A stretch of DNA of 64,000 nt, from IMG/VR virus record IMGVR_UViG_3300021959_006010, positions 62,001 through 126,000 of that record. One strand, 5' to 3'. The position numbers and the translations under genes are program-made. The notes under the pieces were generated by a model. That model was given only the letters and a program-made list of their open reading frames with translations, was not told the DNA's origin and did not search any database. Positions 9,769 through 18,625 of this stretch are shown in pieces; within the stretch, counting starts at the first letter, position 1, and each line of letters opens with the position of its first letter.

Positions 9769-10225
9769 GACTAAGAGCCTCCTTCATTTCGAAATCTGTT
9801 TTAAACGGACCTTGGAAATCGTAACGTTCTAGTGTAATAAGTTTAGGACAAAATGACTTAACCCAGCCTTTATCAAAACGAATAATATAATATCCTGCAC
9901 AATAAACGCTTTTAGATTTTTCGCTTTTAGTAAACAACGGAAGTCTACGCTTTACATCGTACATTGGATTGCTAGGTTTTGTAGCTGTTTTGTATCCTTG
10001 TACTTCGTTTTCGTCTACAGATTCTTTCTTTTCTTTAATGTATTTTTCAAATAAATCTTTGCCAAACGTTTTTTCAAGATGTCGTTTACTATTAAAGAAT
10101 TGTACATCTGATTGGCTACTCAAAACAAATTTGTCGTCGCTAATTCCAAGAGTTCCTACTCTTACACCGTTTTCTTCTACAATCCAAAAACGGTCTTTTA
10201 GAACCGGTTTTGCTTTAAAACTCAT
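9755..10225 (-). CDS. hypothetical protein
   Basis: 156 aa; ATGA overlap with the exonuclease gene. Confidence 0.75.
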   Translation of the reverse strand: MSFKAKPVLKDRFWIVEENGVRVGTLGISDDKFVLSSQSDVQFFNSKRHLEKTFGKDLFEKYIKEKKESVDENEVQGYKTATKPSNPMYDVKRRLPLFTKSEKSKSVYCAGYYIIRFDKGWVKSFCPKLITLERYDFQGPFKTDFEMKEALSRANR

Positions 10226-11205
10226 TTAGGGTACCTCGCTTGTAATGGTTCTGCAAAAGATGCTGCCTGGTCTGCAATACGTTGCATATCCCATTTAGCA
10301 CAAAATTTCATAAGACGCATACCAACTTGTGATATTTCTTTAGGTTCTACTTCTGCAATAGTAGTATTAATTATTTCTCTAATTTCTGTAGGTTGTGCAG
10401 TTAAATCACATAATGTAACATTGCGTGTATAATCATCTAGCACACGATGTTCTTCACCGTTGTGATCTACCCAACGCTGTAGCATCATGTTATTCCAGTT
10501 AAAGCCTTTTGTTTGTTTATCAGCAAATGCTTCTAACAACCCTACTTTATTTTTTGTGCCTTTTTTGCGCACACCAGGATAGGCACTAAACACATTGTCG
10601 CTAGTGTCGCCACGCATGCATTTCTCAAAAAGAAGCCATTCAGGGTCGGGAGCAGACTTTTCTTGTCCTGTTTTCTTATCAAGCACGGGCTTGCCTTTGT
10701 CATCAAAATATCCTTCGTGAGTAATAGTAGTATTACTTACCCCATTGTATTGTTTTACATTAGGTGCAATCAGCTGTGCAAAGTCACCATCAGTTGAAAT
10801 AATAACATGATTGTCATTAGGGTGTGCTTGCACCCAACCTGCAATCAAATCATCTGCTTCTAGTTGCGGATGACGCATCATAGTGCAGTTAGTTTTTGTA
10901 CCAATAAAGTCTTTAAACTCGTCAAAGATTTCCCAAAACACAGTATCTTCTTCTGCTTGTGTAGGAGTAAGTGCATCACGTGCTTCTTGTCTATTACGTT
11001 TGTAAGGCTCGTAATAGTCTTTGCGCCAACTACGTCCTTCTAAACAGAACACAACGTGATCTGCATTAAAGTCTTGCCAAGCCTTTTTAACACTGTTAAG
11101 TGTAATATGTAGCGCCATACCTACTTTAGTATCAATGTCGCCGCGTACAACATGACGAGCTCTAAAGAAAGTGTTTGCTGTATCAACTAGTACATAAGTT
11201 GCCAT
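10222..11205 (-). CDS. 5'-3' exonuclease / T4 RNase H-like flap nuclease
   Basis: YVLVDTAN, EADDLI, STDGDF and GDTSDN acidic motifs of the FEN/5'-nuclease family. Confidence 0.9.
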   Translation of the reverse strand: MATYVLVDTANTFFRARHVVRGDIDTKVGMALHITLNSVKKAWQDFNADHVVFCLEGRSWRKDYYEPYKRNRQEARDALTPTQAEEDTVFWEIFDEFKDFIGTKTNCTMMRHPQLEADDLIAGWVQAHPNDNHVIISTDGDFAQLIAPNVKQYNGVSNTTITHEGYFDDKGKPVLDKKTGQEKSAPDPEWLLFEKCMRGDTSDNVFSAYPGVRKKGTKNKVGLLEAFADKQTKGFNWNNMMLQRWVDHNGEEHRVLDDYTRNVTLCDLTAQPTEIREIINTTIAEVEPKEISQVGMRLMKFCAKWDMQRIADQAASFAEPLQARYPK

Positions 11206-11234
11206 TGTTTGCCTCTGTTTGTTGTTTCTTTATT

Positions 11235-11263
11235 AGTATAATACATAATGGATGATTTGTCAA
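11235..11263 (-). promoter_or_regulatory. sigma70-type promoter
   Basis: TTGACA-N17-TATACT upstream of the exonuclease. Confidence 0.75.
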
Positions 11264-11676
11264 GAAACTTCTGAACGTCCCTTATCGATAGGTACAACAT
11301 TAATATATCCTGCACCTCTATCGGTATCCATGCCTTCTGCTTCGAGCATGTTGTAAACAATGTCTCGAAACCAACGATCTACAATTTCTTCTTCTGGATC
11401 GTTATCGACACCATAACCATTTTCAATTAGTTGTGCAATAAAGTAACTGTTCCAATCAAGTTCAAAGAAACCGTTACGAACATTTTCTTCGTTTACTTTA
11501 ACATCAAGCACACTTACCCAAGGTTCTTTGCGTCTAGTAGCGTATTCCTTAGGATCTTTCTTTTTAAGAAACTCTAGTTTCTCTTGTTCGAACTGTGCCT
11601 TTTCTTCTTCGGCTTTTTTGTCTCTTACGAGTTTATTCCACCAACCCATTAGTATTCCACCGTTTGCTTTAGCCAT
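11260..11676 (-). CDS. hypothetical protein
   Basis: 138 aa (start may be a downstream Met). Confidence 0.7.
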   Translation of the reverse strand: MAKANGGILMGWWNKLVRDKKAEEEKAQFEQEKLEFLKKKDPKEYATRRKEPWVSVLDVKVNEENVRNGFFELDWNSYFIAQLIENGYGVDNDPEEEIVDRWFRDIVYNMLEAEGMDTDRGAGYINVVPIDKGRSEVS

Positions 11677-11831
11677 TGTATTTCGAATTCCTTCGATTCT
11701 AACGTTTCGTTATAACCGTCATTTAGTCTATACGAAACACCTTCTTTGTATAACTTAACATTTAGCTTGTTTAGTTGTTTAATTAATGTGTTAAGCTCTT
11801 TAACCATTTCTGCAACTTTTGGATCTTTCAT
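11649..11831 (-). CDS. hypothetical protein
   Basis: 60 aa coiled-coil ORF. Confidence 0.6.
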   Translation of the reverse strand: MKDPKVAEMVKELNTLIKQLNKLNVKLYKEGVSYRLNDGYNETLESKEFEIQWLKQTVEY

Positions 11832-11968
11832 AGTCCTGCCTCCCTAGCACGTTTTTCTATGTCTGTATCGTAATCTGGTTCTTTACGATTAACCGCCTCG
11901 TATGACGGATATCCTTTTTCAAATACTGGAGCAACCATTGCTTCTTCGTGTTTAATTGTCTTTTCCAA
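11828..11968 (-). CDS. small hypothetical protein (3' part of track ORF 11828..12391)
   Basis: Fills the gap after queE, ending ...DIEKRAREAGL; start codon and start coordinate uncertain. Confidence 0.35.
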   Translation of the reverse strand: MEKTIKHEEAMVAPVFEKGYPSYEAVNRKEPDYDTDIEKRAREAGL

Positions 11969-11972
11969 TGTC

Positions 11973-12869
11973 TTAGGTCCCCCATGCATTTCCGAATAGT
12001 GATATGTGGAGTCGAGGGCTGAATCGCCATCCTCGTTCCATACACGCTTCTGCCACATCTTTAACGTTGAGACTGTATTCTTCTGAACGTCCGCCAAGCG
12101 GCATAAGATATACTGGACACTCAACGCCTGCATCGCGGTATTCTTGAACAGCTCTACTAACTTCCTCAAAGTCGTCCATAGTAGCAACAACAAATTTAAA
12201 GTAAATATCGCTGCCATCCACAAGGGAATACTCACGAGCAACGTCAGGCTTAATAGCATCAGCCCAAGGTTCGCCTGAAACGGAGAGCTTTGGTGAGCAG
12301 CTAAATGTGACTTGAATTCTATCATTATCGTTGAGATAATTGAAGAAGTCATCGTGTAAAGGTTGTGTAGTATTAGTTTCAATTGTGACATTTTTCAAAT
12401 CGGCCATTTTAGGATGTTCGAACAACTCTACATAAAGTCGTTGCCAAGCTAGTAACGGCTCTCCTCCTGTTAAAATAAGATGGATATCTTGACCATTATC
12501 CATAGTCCACTTACCTTCCGGCAATAAACTAATCAAATGATCTACAACTTCGTCAACTTCTGCAAGTTTGTTAAAGTCTTTAAACTCTGGATAGATACTT
12601 GCGTATGTATCACAGCCTGTATGGATAATAGGCAAGTCTTCAAACTTTTCTGTAGTTTTGTGTACACCTGCATCGATCAATGCTTTTACTTCTGCATTGT
12701 AACGCTGACCTTCTTTGTGTTGCTCCCAACGATCTTTTTTAGTATCAACACCAAAGTTCATACAACGAAAGTTACAACCAAAGGTACGTAGGAACACACT
12801 AGGTACTCCTACGTATTTGCCTTCGCCTTGTACGCTATAGAACGCTTCACTATACCTCAGTTTCATCAA
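11973..12869 (-). CDS. queE: 7-carboxy-7-deazaguanine synthase (radical SAM)
   Basis: YSEAFYSVQGEG, VFLRTFGCNFRC...GCDT, LTGGEPL, TIETN, SPKL, RLHISL. Confidence 0.93.
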   Translation of the reverse strand: MMKLRYSEAFYSVQGEGKYVGVPSVFLRTFGCNFRCMNFGVDTKKDRWEQHKEGQRYNAEVKALIDAGVHKTTEKFEDLPIIHTGCDTYASIYPEFKDFNKLAEVDEVVDHLISLLPEGKWTMDNGQDIHLILTGGEPLLAWQRLYVELFEHPKMADLKNVTIETNTTQPLHDDFFNYLNDNDRIQVTFSCSPKLSVSGEPWADAIKPDVAREYSLVDGSDIYFKFVVATMDDFEEVSRAVQEYRDAGVECPVYLMPLGGRSEEYSLNVKDVAEACMERGWRFSPRLHISLFGNAWGT

Positions 12870-13140
12870 CGTCCTCCATAATATTTTCTAAATCATCAAA
12901 CGATGCTACATATTTTTTATTTGATTTGTCATCTAATACTTCTACTAAACGACTAGCAGTATCACGGGCAACCAATGCACCTGTGCTTGTGTAATTACCG
13001 TATTTTGCAATAGGTAAGTCAGCCATGCTATACATACCACCTGGACGACCAAATTGATCTAAAGGAATATCTTTAACTGTAAATGTGCAGTTATAAGATT
13101 TACCTGGTGTAATTTTTTCAATTGAAATACTCATTAGCAA
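12850..13140 (-). CDS. hypothetical protein (SH3-like?)
   Basis: 96 aa between folE and queE. Confidence 0.65.
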   Translation of the reverse strand: MLMSISIEKITPGKSYNCTFTVKDIPLDQFGRPGGMYSMADLPIAKYGNYTSTGALVARDTASRLVEVLDDKSNKKYVASFDDLENIMEDVDETEV

Positions 13141-13817
13141 GCAAACTCCTGTTGCAGTTTAATGTTGTCAAAGAACTCTTTCTTTGTTGCAGGATCGCTT
13201 TTAAAACTACCTTCAAGTACAGTTGTTTGTGTAAGACTGCTATGTGCCATAATGCCGCGGTTCTCACAGCAACCGTGTGTTGCTTGGATATAAACACCTA
13301 CGTTATGTGCGCCAGTTGCAGACTTAATCTCGCGTGTAATATCATTTGCAAGTTCTTCTTGTAGTGTACCACGTCGAGCACACCACTGGGCAATACGTGT
13401 GTATTTAGAAAGACCAATTAGTTTAGGACCTGCAATAATACCAATGTACGCTACACCGCTCACTGGCTGGTGATGATGCGAACACATACTTTTTAGTTCG
13501 CTTCGTACAACTAGCATACCATCATAGCGTTCGTCTGAATCGTTTGGAAATGCTGTTGCATCTGGACGACCATCATAACGGCCTGCCATAATTTCGTTAA
13601 AGTACATTTTAGCAAGTCGCCGTGCTGTACCTTTACTGTTAGGATCGTTGTGTCGATCGATGATCAATGTATCAAGAACAGTTTCAAATGCTTCTGTTGC
13701 TTCTTCGATTAATTGCTCTTTTTCGCCTGGATGTATCAGACGATGCACATTGTCTCCTGCCCAAAAGCGTTTATCAGCAGCCTTGCAACGTGCAATAATT
13801 TCTTCGTATTTCTTCAT
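13134..13817 (-). CDS. folE: GTP cyclohydrolase I
   Basis: SMCSHHHQP, GLSKYTR, LQEEL, HGCCENRG zinc/active-site motifs. Confidence 0.95.
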   Translation of the reverse strand: MKKYEEIIARCKAADKRFWAGDNVHRLIHPGEKEQLIEEATEAFETVLDTLIIDRHNDPNSKGTARRLAKMYFNEIMAGRYDGRPDATAFPNDSDERYDGMLVVRSELKSMCSHHHQPVSGVAYIGIIAGPKLIGLSKYTRIAQWCARRGTLQEELANDITREIKSATGAHNVGVYIQATHGCCENRGIMAHSSLTQTTVLEGSFKSDPATKKEFFDNIKLQQEFAC

Positions 13818-13875
13818 CTATTTCTCCGAGTTAGTGACGAGGATGTCATAAAAAATGGTATACTCTCATAATAAA

Positions 13876-13904
13876 AGTATACCATATATTTAGGTTTTTG
13901 TCAA
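13876..13904 (-). promoter_or_regulatory. sigma70 promoter with nested CCTAAATA motif
   Basis: TTGACA-N17-TATACT; spacer contains CCTAAATAT. Confidence 0.75.
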
Positions 13905-14101
13905 CCAAAATGTTTGTTTAACATTTCGATACGGTCTTCAGCACTTGCCATTTTATCTAATTCTTCTTGAATGGCTTCAACAATGTCGCTATGCTCACCG
14001 ATTCCTACACTATGATTCATATAAACCATAATATTTGTTTTTGCTCTTTCAAGCTCTCCTTCGGCATGCATCCGTGCTGCCTTAATTAATTGATCACGCA
14101 T
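13901..14101 (-). CDS. small hypothetical protein, resembles a family common in marine myoviruses
   Basis: 66 aa with GIGEHSDIVEAI motif. Confidence 0.75.
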   Translation of the reverse strand: MRDQLIKAARMHAEGELERAKTNIMVYMNHSVGIGEHSDIVEAIQEELDKMASAEDRIEMLNKHFG

Positions 14102-14102
14102 T

Positions 14103-14528
14103 TTAAATTCCTTCCATTGATTCTACTGCATACTCAACAAATCCAGAAGAAAGTCTAGTATAATCTCCCTTACCAGGAACACAATGACGTATGCCTCCCT
14201 TTGGATTTTCGCAATCTCCGTGTCTACGGAATATTAAATGTATATGAGGATACATGCAAGTTTGTCCTGCACTTTCTCCGACATTAATTCCTATATTGTA
14301 ACCTGTAATATTGTTTGTCGAACTACTGACATTTTGTTTACCCATTTCGAGTGCAAATTTAAAACATTTAAGAATTTCTTCCTGGGTATTTATTTTAGGA
14401 ACAACAAGAGTATGACCCTCTGTGACAGGAAAGCCGTCATTGAATACTACAAAATCTCTAGTATTCAATTGTATATCAGTCCAAGGAGCACGACCTTCTT
14501 GTTGTGCTAATTCTAAAGTATCATTCAT
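14103..14528 (-). CDS. HIT family nucleotide hydrolase
   Basis: FPVTEGHTLVVPK, YNIGINVG, PHIHLI triad; start re-called to MNDTLE. Confidence 0.88.
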   Translation of the reverse strand: MNDTLELAQQEGRAPWTDIQLNTRDFVVFNDGFPVTEGHTLVVPKINTQEEILKCFKFALEMGKQNVSSSTNNITGYNIGINVGESAGQTCMYPHIHLIFRRHGDCENPKGGIRHCVPGKGDYTRLSSGFVEYAVESMEGI

Positions 14529-14796
14529 CTTCGTCAAACCCTTCCCAATTCTCAATATCGTCTTCATAAAAATCAGCATCGTCTAATTGGTTAAGTAAAT
14601 TACTAAAACCGATTTGCATTACACTATATTGATTTAGATCATTATTACGAAAATTTTCAATTTCGTTTATCTGCTCTTCAGTAAGATCCCAGATTTCTTC
14701 TACGCTATAATGATCAAGAACTTGTCCGATGACATCGTCGGTAATGTCACGTTCGTAGTTTTCTTCCCATTTGTGTATTCTATTCCACTCAAACAT
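14521..14796 (-). CDS. hypothetical acidic protein
   Basis: 91 aa; overlaps both neighbours. Confidence 0.65.
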   Translation of the reverse strand: MFEWNRIHKWEENYERDITDDVIGQVLDHYSVEEIWDLTEEQINEIENFRNNDLNQYSVMQIGFSNLLNQLDDADFYEDDIENWEGFDEDE

Positions 14797-15358
14797 TTCC
14801 TACATTCTCCCAAGGATATACAAGCCAAACATCTTCTTCAGCTTTGTTAAGTTCGTATGCGTGATAGTTTACTTCTCCAAATTCGCTGCTTAAATTCTCT
14901 GTCATTACTGCAAAGCGAACATTTTCTCCCCATACTGTCTTCCATGCCGGACTGTCTGGCAAACAGGTTGATTTCCAATCTTGTTTAATCCAGTTAAATG
15001 TAGCACCAGTATCGTTAATATCATCTAAAATAAGAATGTTTTTACGGTTTTCTTTACTGGCTTTAAAATGTCCTAACATAGGGTCATACATTTCTTCAGT
15101 GTCGTTATAACCGTATGCATCTTCACTCATCCAACAGTTACTTTCACTAGACTCACCTTCGTGGTTGTCACGTAGACTAACCTTTAGTGCTTCACAACGG
15201 ATACCTAACATATTGCTTAGGATAGTAGCAGGAACATTGCCGCCTCGTGTAATACCTACAATGTAGTCAGGCTTCCAATTATCGTTATACATCTGTAGTG
15301 CAATGTTTAGACATGCACGTTCTACATCTTTCCAACTATAATAGTGTTTCTTAATCAT
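14789..15358 (-). CDS. type I phosphoribosyltransferase (Gpt-like)
   Basis: IVGITRGG; PRPP loop ILILDDINDTGAT; C-terminal WLVYPWE. Confidence 0.9.
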   Translation of the reverse strand: MIKKHYYSWKDVERACLNIALQMYNDNWKPDYIVGITRGGNVPATILSNMLGIRCEALKVSLRDNHEGESSESNCWMSEDAYGYNDTEEMYDPMLGHFKASKENRKNILILDDINDTGATFNWIKQDWKSTCLPDSPAWKTVWGENVRFAVMTENLSSEFGEVNYHAYELNKAEEDVWLVYPWENVGNV

Positions 15359-15579
15359 TTTTTCCAGTCATCCATTTTAGTTCTAATTTCTGTGCCATCT
15401 TTGTCTTCTGCAATAAGTCTTGCCATGCTTTGAATATCATCTAGTAATGCTTGAGCGTATGCTTTGTCGTATGTTTTACCACTCAGTTCGCTGTATTGGT
15501 TGCGCACACGATGCAATTCAATTGCTTTATCCTTCATTACATTAAGACGTTCAATAAGATCTTCAACAGTATGTAACAT
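15355..15579 (-). CDS. hypothetical protein
   Basis: 74 aa helical ORF. Confidence 0.65.
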   Translation of the reverse strand: MLHTVEDLIERLNVMKDKAIELHRVRNQYSELSGKTYDKAYAQALLDDIQSMARLIAEDKDGTEIRTKMDDWKK

Positions 15580-15591
15580 TATTTTATTCCT

Positions 15592-15987
15592 TTAGAACGG
15601 TATCTCATCATCATCATCTTGCCGACCCTTCCAGTCTTGATGTACTAAAGCATATATGCTTTTAAAATTTTCATATGCTTTAGCTAATGCTGGATAGTCA
15701 TTACACATGTCTTCTATTTTAGCTACACTTGGCATTTTATCTTCAAATTCAACTTCTTCTACACCCCAAGTGATAGTATAATCGCTATCGTCTACTATAC
15801 CACTAAGATCAACAGTATCTACAGTAATACTGCTAATATCAAATGTAGATGTAGATGACATACTATTATACAAGCTCTCACAATTAGCACTAATAGTAAT
15901 AGTACTATCATCTATTGTTGTAGTATCTAAATTTATTGAAGTATAATCTGACATATCAATCCAAATGTCGTTCTTTGATTTGCTCAT
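15592..15987 (-). CDS. hypothetical acidic Ser/Thr-rich protein
   Basis: Start re-called to MSKSKND; ends DDDEIPF, an SSB-like acidic tail. Confidence 0.6.
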   Translation of the reverse strand: MSKSKNDIWIDMSDYTSINLDTTTIDDSTITISANCESLYNSMSSTSTFDISSITVDTVDLSGIVDDSDYTITWGVEEVEFEDKMPSVAKIEDMCNDYPALAKAYENFKSIYALVHQDWKGRQDDDDEIPF

Positions 15988-17023
15988 ATAGTGTTGCTCC
16001 ACTAAAAAACTCTTTGTTTAGTTTAGTACGTTGCTTGTCTAAACTTACCATATAGTCATCATAGTTTTCCATATAGTCTCGGACTTTTGCAACAAGATCA
16101 CCTCGATGCGTTCTATAACTACCGTAGTCTTCAGTCCATCGACTTGGATATTTAAATTCAGGAAGTGCCATTTCTGAATAACTTAATCTATCTGGCACCA
16201 TAGGAATAGCATTTACAAGAGCACCTTCGTACCAACTAATACCAAGTGTTTCTTGCAGGTTAGCAGAAAATATCATCTTTGCTTCGCCTAGCAAGTTATG
16301 ATACTCGTTCTTAGTAAGTGTTTGATCTTGACATACTACAAACTCATATTCTGGCAGTTGTTCTGCTAGATCGCGGAAAATGTCTACCTGTTTCTCTGGA
16401 GCAATGCGATGTGGGAATAGTATAAGATTACGCTTATCCATACCGCTGTATGTAACAAGGCTTTCTTTTAGATACTCCATAGGCCAACCTACACGATGTA
16501 TTTTATCATAATCAATATTATAGTCTTCCATCATTACATCTGTAAACATATCAATATGGAAGTCAGTTGCAAAGAAGTTATCGTCATAGCATTGGAACAT
16601 TGACATTTCTGCATGACGCACCCAAGGCTTATCACCAATTAATCTTCCGAGGAAGTCTTGCGGATCGTATGATCCGGCATGCCATAATCCCCCAATGCGT
16701 ACATCCACGCCGAGTAGTTCCGCCATGTAACGTAGTTGTATAACAGTAGGGTTCCAAGCATCTGTGTATAAAAAGTAGTCACCGGTTTTAACTTTTCCAT
16801 TACAAAACATTTCTCCTATTGTTTCAAGTTGCTTAGACTTGTAAACATTAGTGCCACCGAAATTGAGAAACGCCCCAGGCGTAGTAGCCTGAGGTGTATC
16901 TCCTCCACTAATAACTTCTACATTTGTATTTGTAGCCCGTTGCAGTTGCTTTGGAAGATATTCTTTCCATTGTTTAGTATAGCGTGTGTCAACTGCTTCG
17001 ATGTCTACAATATAAATTGTCAT
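15956..17023 (-). CDS. GT-B fold glycosyltransferase (GT4-like)
   Basis: FPHRIAPEKQ and ETLGISWYE (Ex7E motif), then VPDRLSY. Confidence 0.8.
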   Translation of the reverse strand: MTIYIVDIEAVDTRYTKQWKEYLPKQLQRATNTNVEVISGGDTPQATTPGAFLNFGGTNVYKSKQLETIGEMFCNGKVKTGDYFLYTDAWNPTVIQLRYMAELLGVDVRIGGLWHAGSYDPQDFLGRLIGDKPWVRHAEMSMFQCYDDNFFATDFHIDMFTDVMMEDYNIDYDKIHRVGWPMEYLKESLVTYSGMDKRNLILFPHRIAPEKQVDIFRDLAEQLPEYEFVVCQDQTLTKNEYHNLLGEAKMIFSANLQETLGISWYEGALVNAIPMVPDRLSYSEMALPEFKYPSRWTEDYGSYRTHRGDLVAKVRDYMENYDDYMVSLDKQRTKLNKEFFSGATLYEQIKERHLD

Positions 17024-17235
17024 TAGTTTCTCCGCTGATTAATATTACGTCCTGCATTACGAGCTTTCGCACGTAGCCAACCTTGATACTTTTGATAAGC
17101 CTGCCAATTTGGGTCGTCTTTTTTATAAAGAGCAGCCTCATCAAAAACTTTGCCTTCAAAGCGGCAATAATCACGATACGCATCCAAGTCGTTAAATACT
17201 TTCTGGTATGCACTGCGATTAAATTCAATAGTCAT
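17023..17235 (-). CDS. hypothetical protein
   Basis: 70 aa; TAATG coupling. Confidence 0.7.
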   Translation of the reverse strand: MTIEFNRSAYQKVFNDLDAYRDYCRFEGKVFDEAALYKKDDPNWQAYQKYQGWLRAKARNAGRNINQRRN

Positions 17236-17252
17236 TTTTAATATTCCTCTTA

Positions 17253-17702
17253 TTATGACTTAGGGTAAAAAATCGAACAACCATTTTCGTTGTCCTCTGC
17301 GACACTAATTTCTACAAAACGGTTAGGATATTTTGCAGAAATTTCTTTATACAAGTCATCTGCGATCATTTCGCAAGACTTGTGATTTAACTCTAGTACG
17401 CCTTCGACGTCATAGAGTCGTTGCATCCACCGTTTAAATTGAATAAATTCAATATCACGATCGTTGTGGAATACTTCGATGCGAACACGGAAATGGAAAA
17501 TGTGACGATGTGGAATACCAAGGAATGACACATCATCCCAGTCACCGGTTGCTAGTGCAGGATCCTTGTCAGCACCTGGATACATATGTACGCCTTCTTT
17601 TGCAAAGGTTACCCAAATACTGCGCTCTGCGTTTTTCATAAGATCATTCATATCTTCTTCTTTCATTCTACGTAACATATAATCATGATATCGTTCTTGC
17701 AT
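17253..17702 (-). CDS. queD: QueD-like 6-carboxytetrahydropterin synthase (T-fold), divergent
   Basis: H..P...HRHIFHFRV (HxH metal site), EFIQFK, SCEMIA, VAED; context with folE and queE. Confidence 0.72.
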   Translation of the reverse strand: MQERYHDYMLRRMKEEDMNDLMKNAERSIWVTFAKEGVHMYPGADKDPALATGDWDDVSFLGIPHRHIFHFRVRIEVFHNDRDIEFIQFKRWMQRLYDVEGVLELNHKSCEMIADDLYKEISAKYPNRFVEISVAEDNENGCSIFYPKS

Positions 17703-17711
17703 TGTTTATAC

Positions 17712-17740
17712 AGTATACTTTCATTCAATAACTTTGTCAA
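17712..17740 (-). promoter_or_regulatory. sigma70-type promoter
   Basis: TTGACA-N17-TATACT upstream of queD. Confidence 0.72.
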
Positions 17741-18257
17741 GGCCATATTTGCTCCAATCTGTAAACTTTTCTCTATCCATCAGATCGTGCAAACTATGAC
17801 ACCAGACACCTGGGTTAGTTGCCTTAAAGTCTACATCATCAATTTTAATCATTGTGTTGTAGTTCCAAAGTTTCGTGTAAGGCAATGGAACACGAATTTG
17901 TGGAATAAAGTTATCTTTTTCGCAAAGGCCACCGTCGTGGAAGTTTGCTACGTGATCAAGTGGAATATCAAGTGTGCAAAGAATGTCTTTGTCTAGGAAG
18001 TATTCAATCATATCTTCCCATTCTTGCCAACTGTCAAACAAGCTCTTTGGACCTGTTTCATTTGGTTTGAAACTGTGATTAGCACCAAAAAAGATATGCT
18101 CACACTGTTCTTTTTCGTACCAGAATTCAATTTCATCTGTAGGTTGTACACCTGTTACAAACAATGTACGCATACCGTAAGCAGGAGTCTTTTCAACTTC
18201 AACGCCTACAAAGTACTTTACATCAGTTTGTACACCGTCTTCGTAATCTCTTTTCAC
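17721..18257 (-). CDS. hypothetical protein in the deazaguanine cluster
   Basis: 178 aa; GTG start overlapping upstream TGA; HIFFGANHSF motif. Confidence 0.75.
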   Translation of the reverse strand: MKRDYEDGVQTDVKYFVGVEVEKTPAYGMRTLFVTGVQPTDEIEFWYEKEQCEHIFFGANHSFKPNETGPKSLFDSWQEWEDMIEYFLDKDILCTLDIPLDHVANFHDGGLCEKDNFIPQIRVPLPYTKLWNYNTMIKIDDVDFKATNPGVWCHSLHDLMDREKFTDWSKYGLDKVIE

Positions 18258-18415
18258 AATGTTACCTCAAGTGATTGGATTTCTTTTTTAACTGCTTCTA
18301 GTTGTTGCGCAAAAAATTGTGCTTGACCTTCTCTTGCTCGTTCGATTATGCCTTCTAGTTCCTGTTTAGACTCATATAACATTTCGAGCTTTTTAATTTT
18401 TTCTTGGTAATCCAT
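18254..18415 (-). CDS. small coiled-coil protein (53 aa, absent from track)
   Basis: Manual translation MDYQEKIKKLEMLYESK...; abuts both neighbours. Confidence 0.6.
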   Translation of the reverse strand: MDYQEKIKKLEMLYESKQELEGIIERAREGQAQFFAQQLEAVKKEIQSLEVTL

Positions 18416-18625
18416 TTAAGTTAAACCTAGTTGTATTAATTTAGAATTTATTCTATGCATTTCGTCTTTGAGATATAATTTCATAGTCTTCATTCGTCGA
18501 ACTTCTTCAGTGACAGTAACATTACTATAACGCACTTCTATTTCTTTGTCAAGTGCTCTATGTCGTCTTTCAAGTTCTTCGTAACGTGCTCTAAGTTTAT
18601 CTTCATCAGATTCAAAGTTGCTCAT
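18416..18625 (-). CDS. DUF465/YdcH-like small coiled-coil protein
   Basis: L..RY.EL..RHRALD.EI...MK.MKL.LKDE pattern; start re-called to MSNFES. Confidence 0.6.
   Translation of the reverse strand: MSNFESDEDKLRARYEELERRHRALDKEIEVRYSNVTVTEEVRRMKTMKLYLKDEMHRINSKLIQLGLT

Noticed and set aside
11828-12391. 187 aa minus-strand ORF overlapping queE
   Set aside because: Most of it is an alternate frame of queE; only the part downstream of the queE stop looks coding.
13820-13860. Hairpin TGAC-ATCCTC-GTCA upstream of folE as a possible preQ1 riboswitch
   Set aside because: It has only a 4 bp stem and lacks the preQ1-I loop signature and A-rich 3' tail.
15592-15987. ORF ending DDDEIPF as an SSB
   Set aside because: The tail resembles an SSB C-terminus but no OB-fold is evident and the body is low-complexity.
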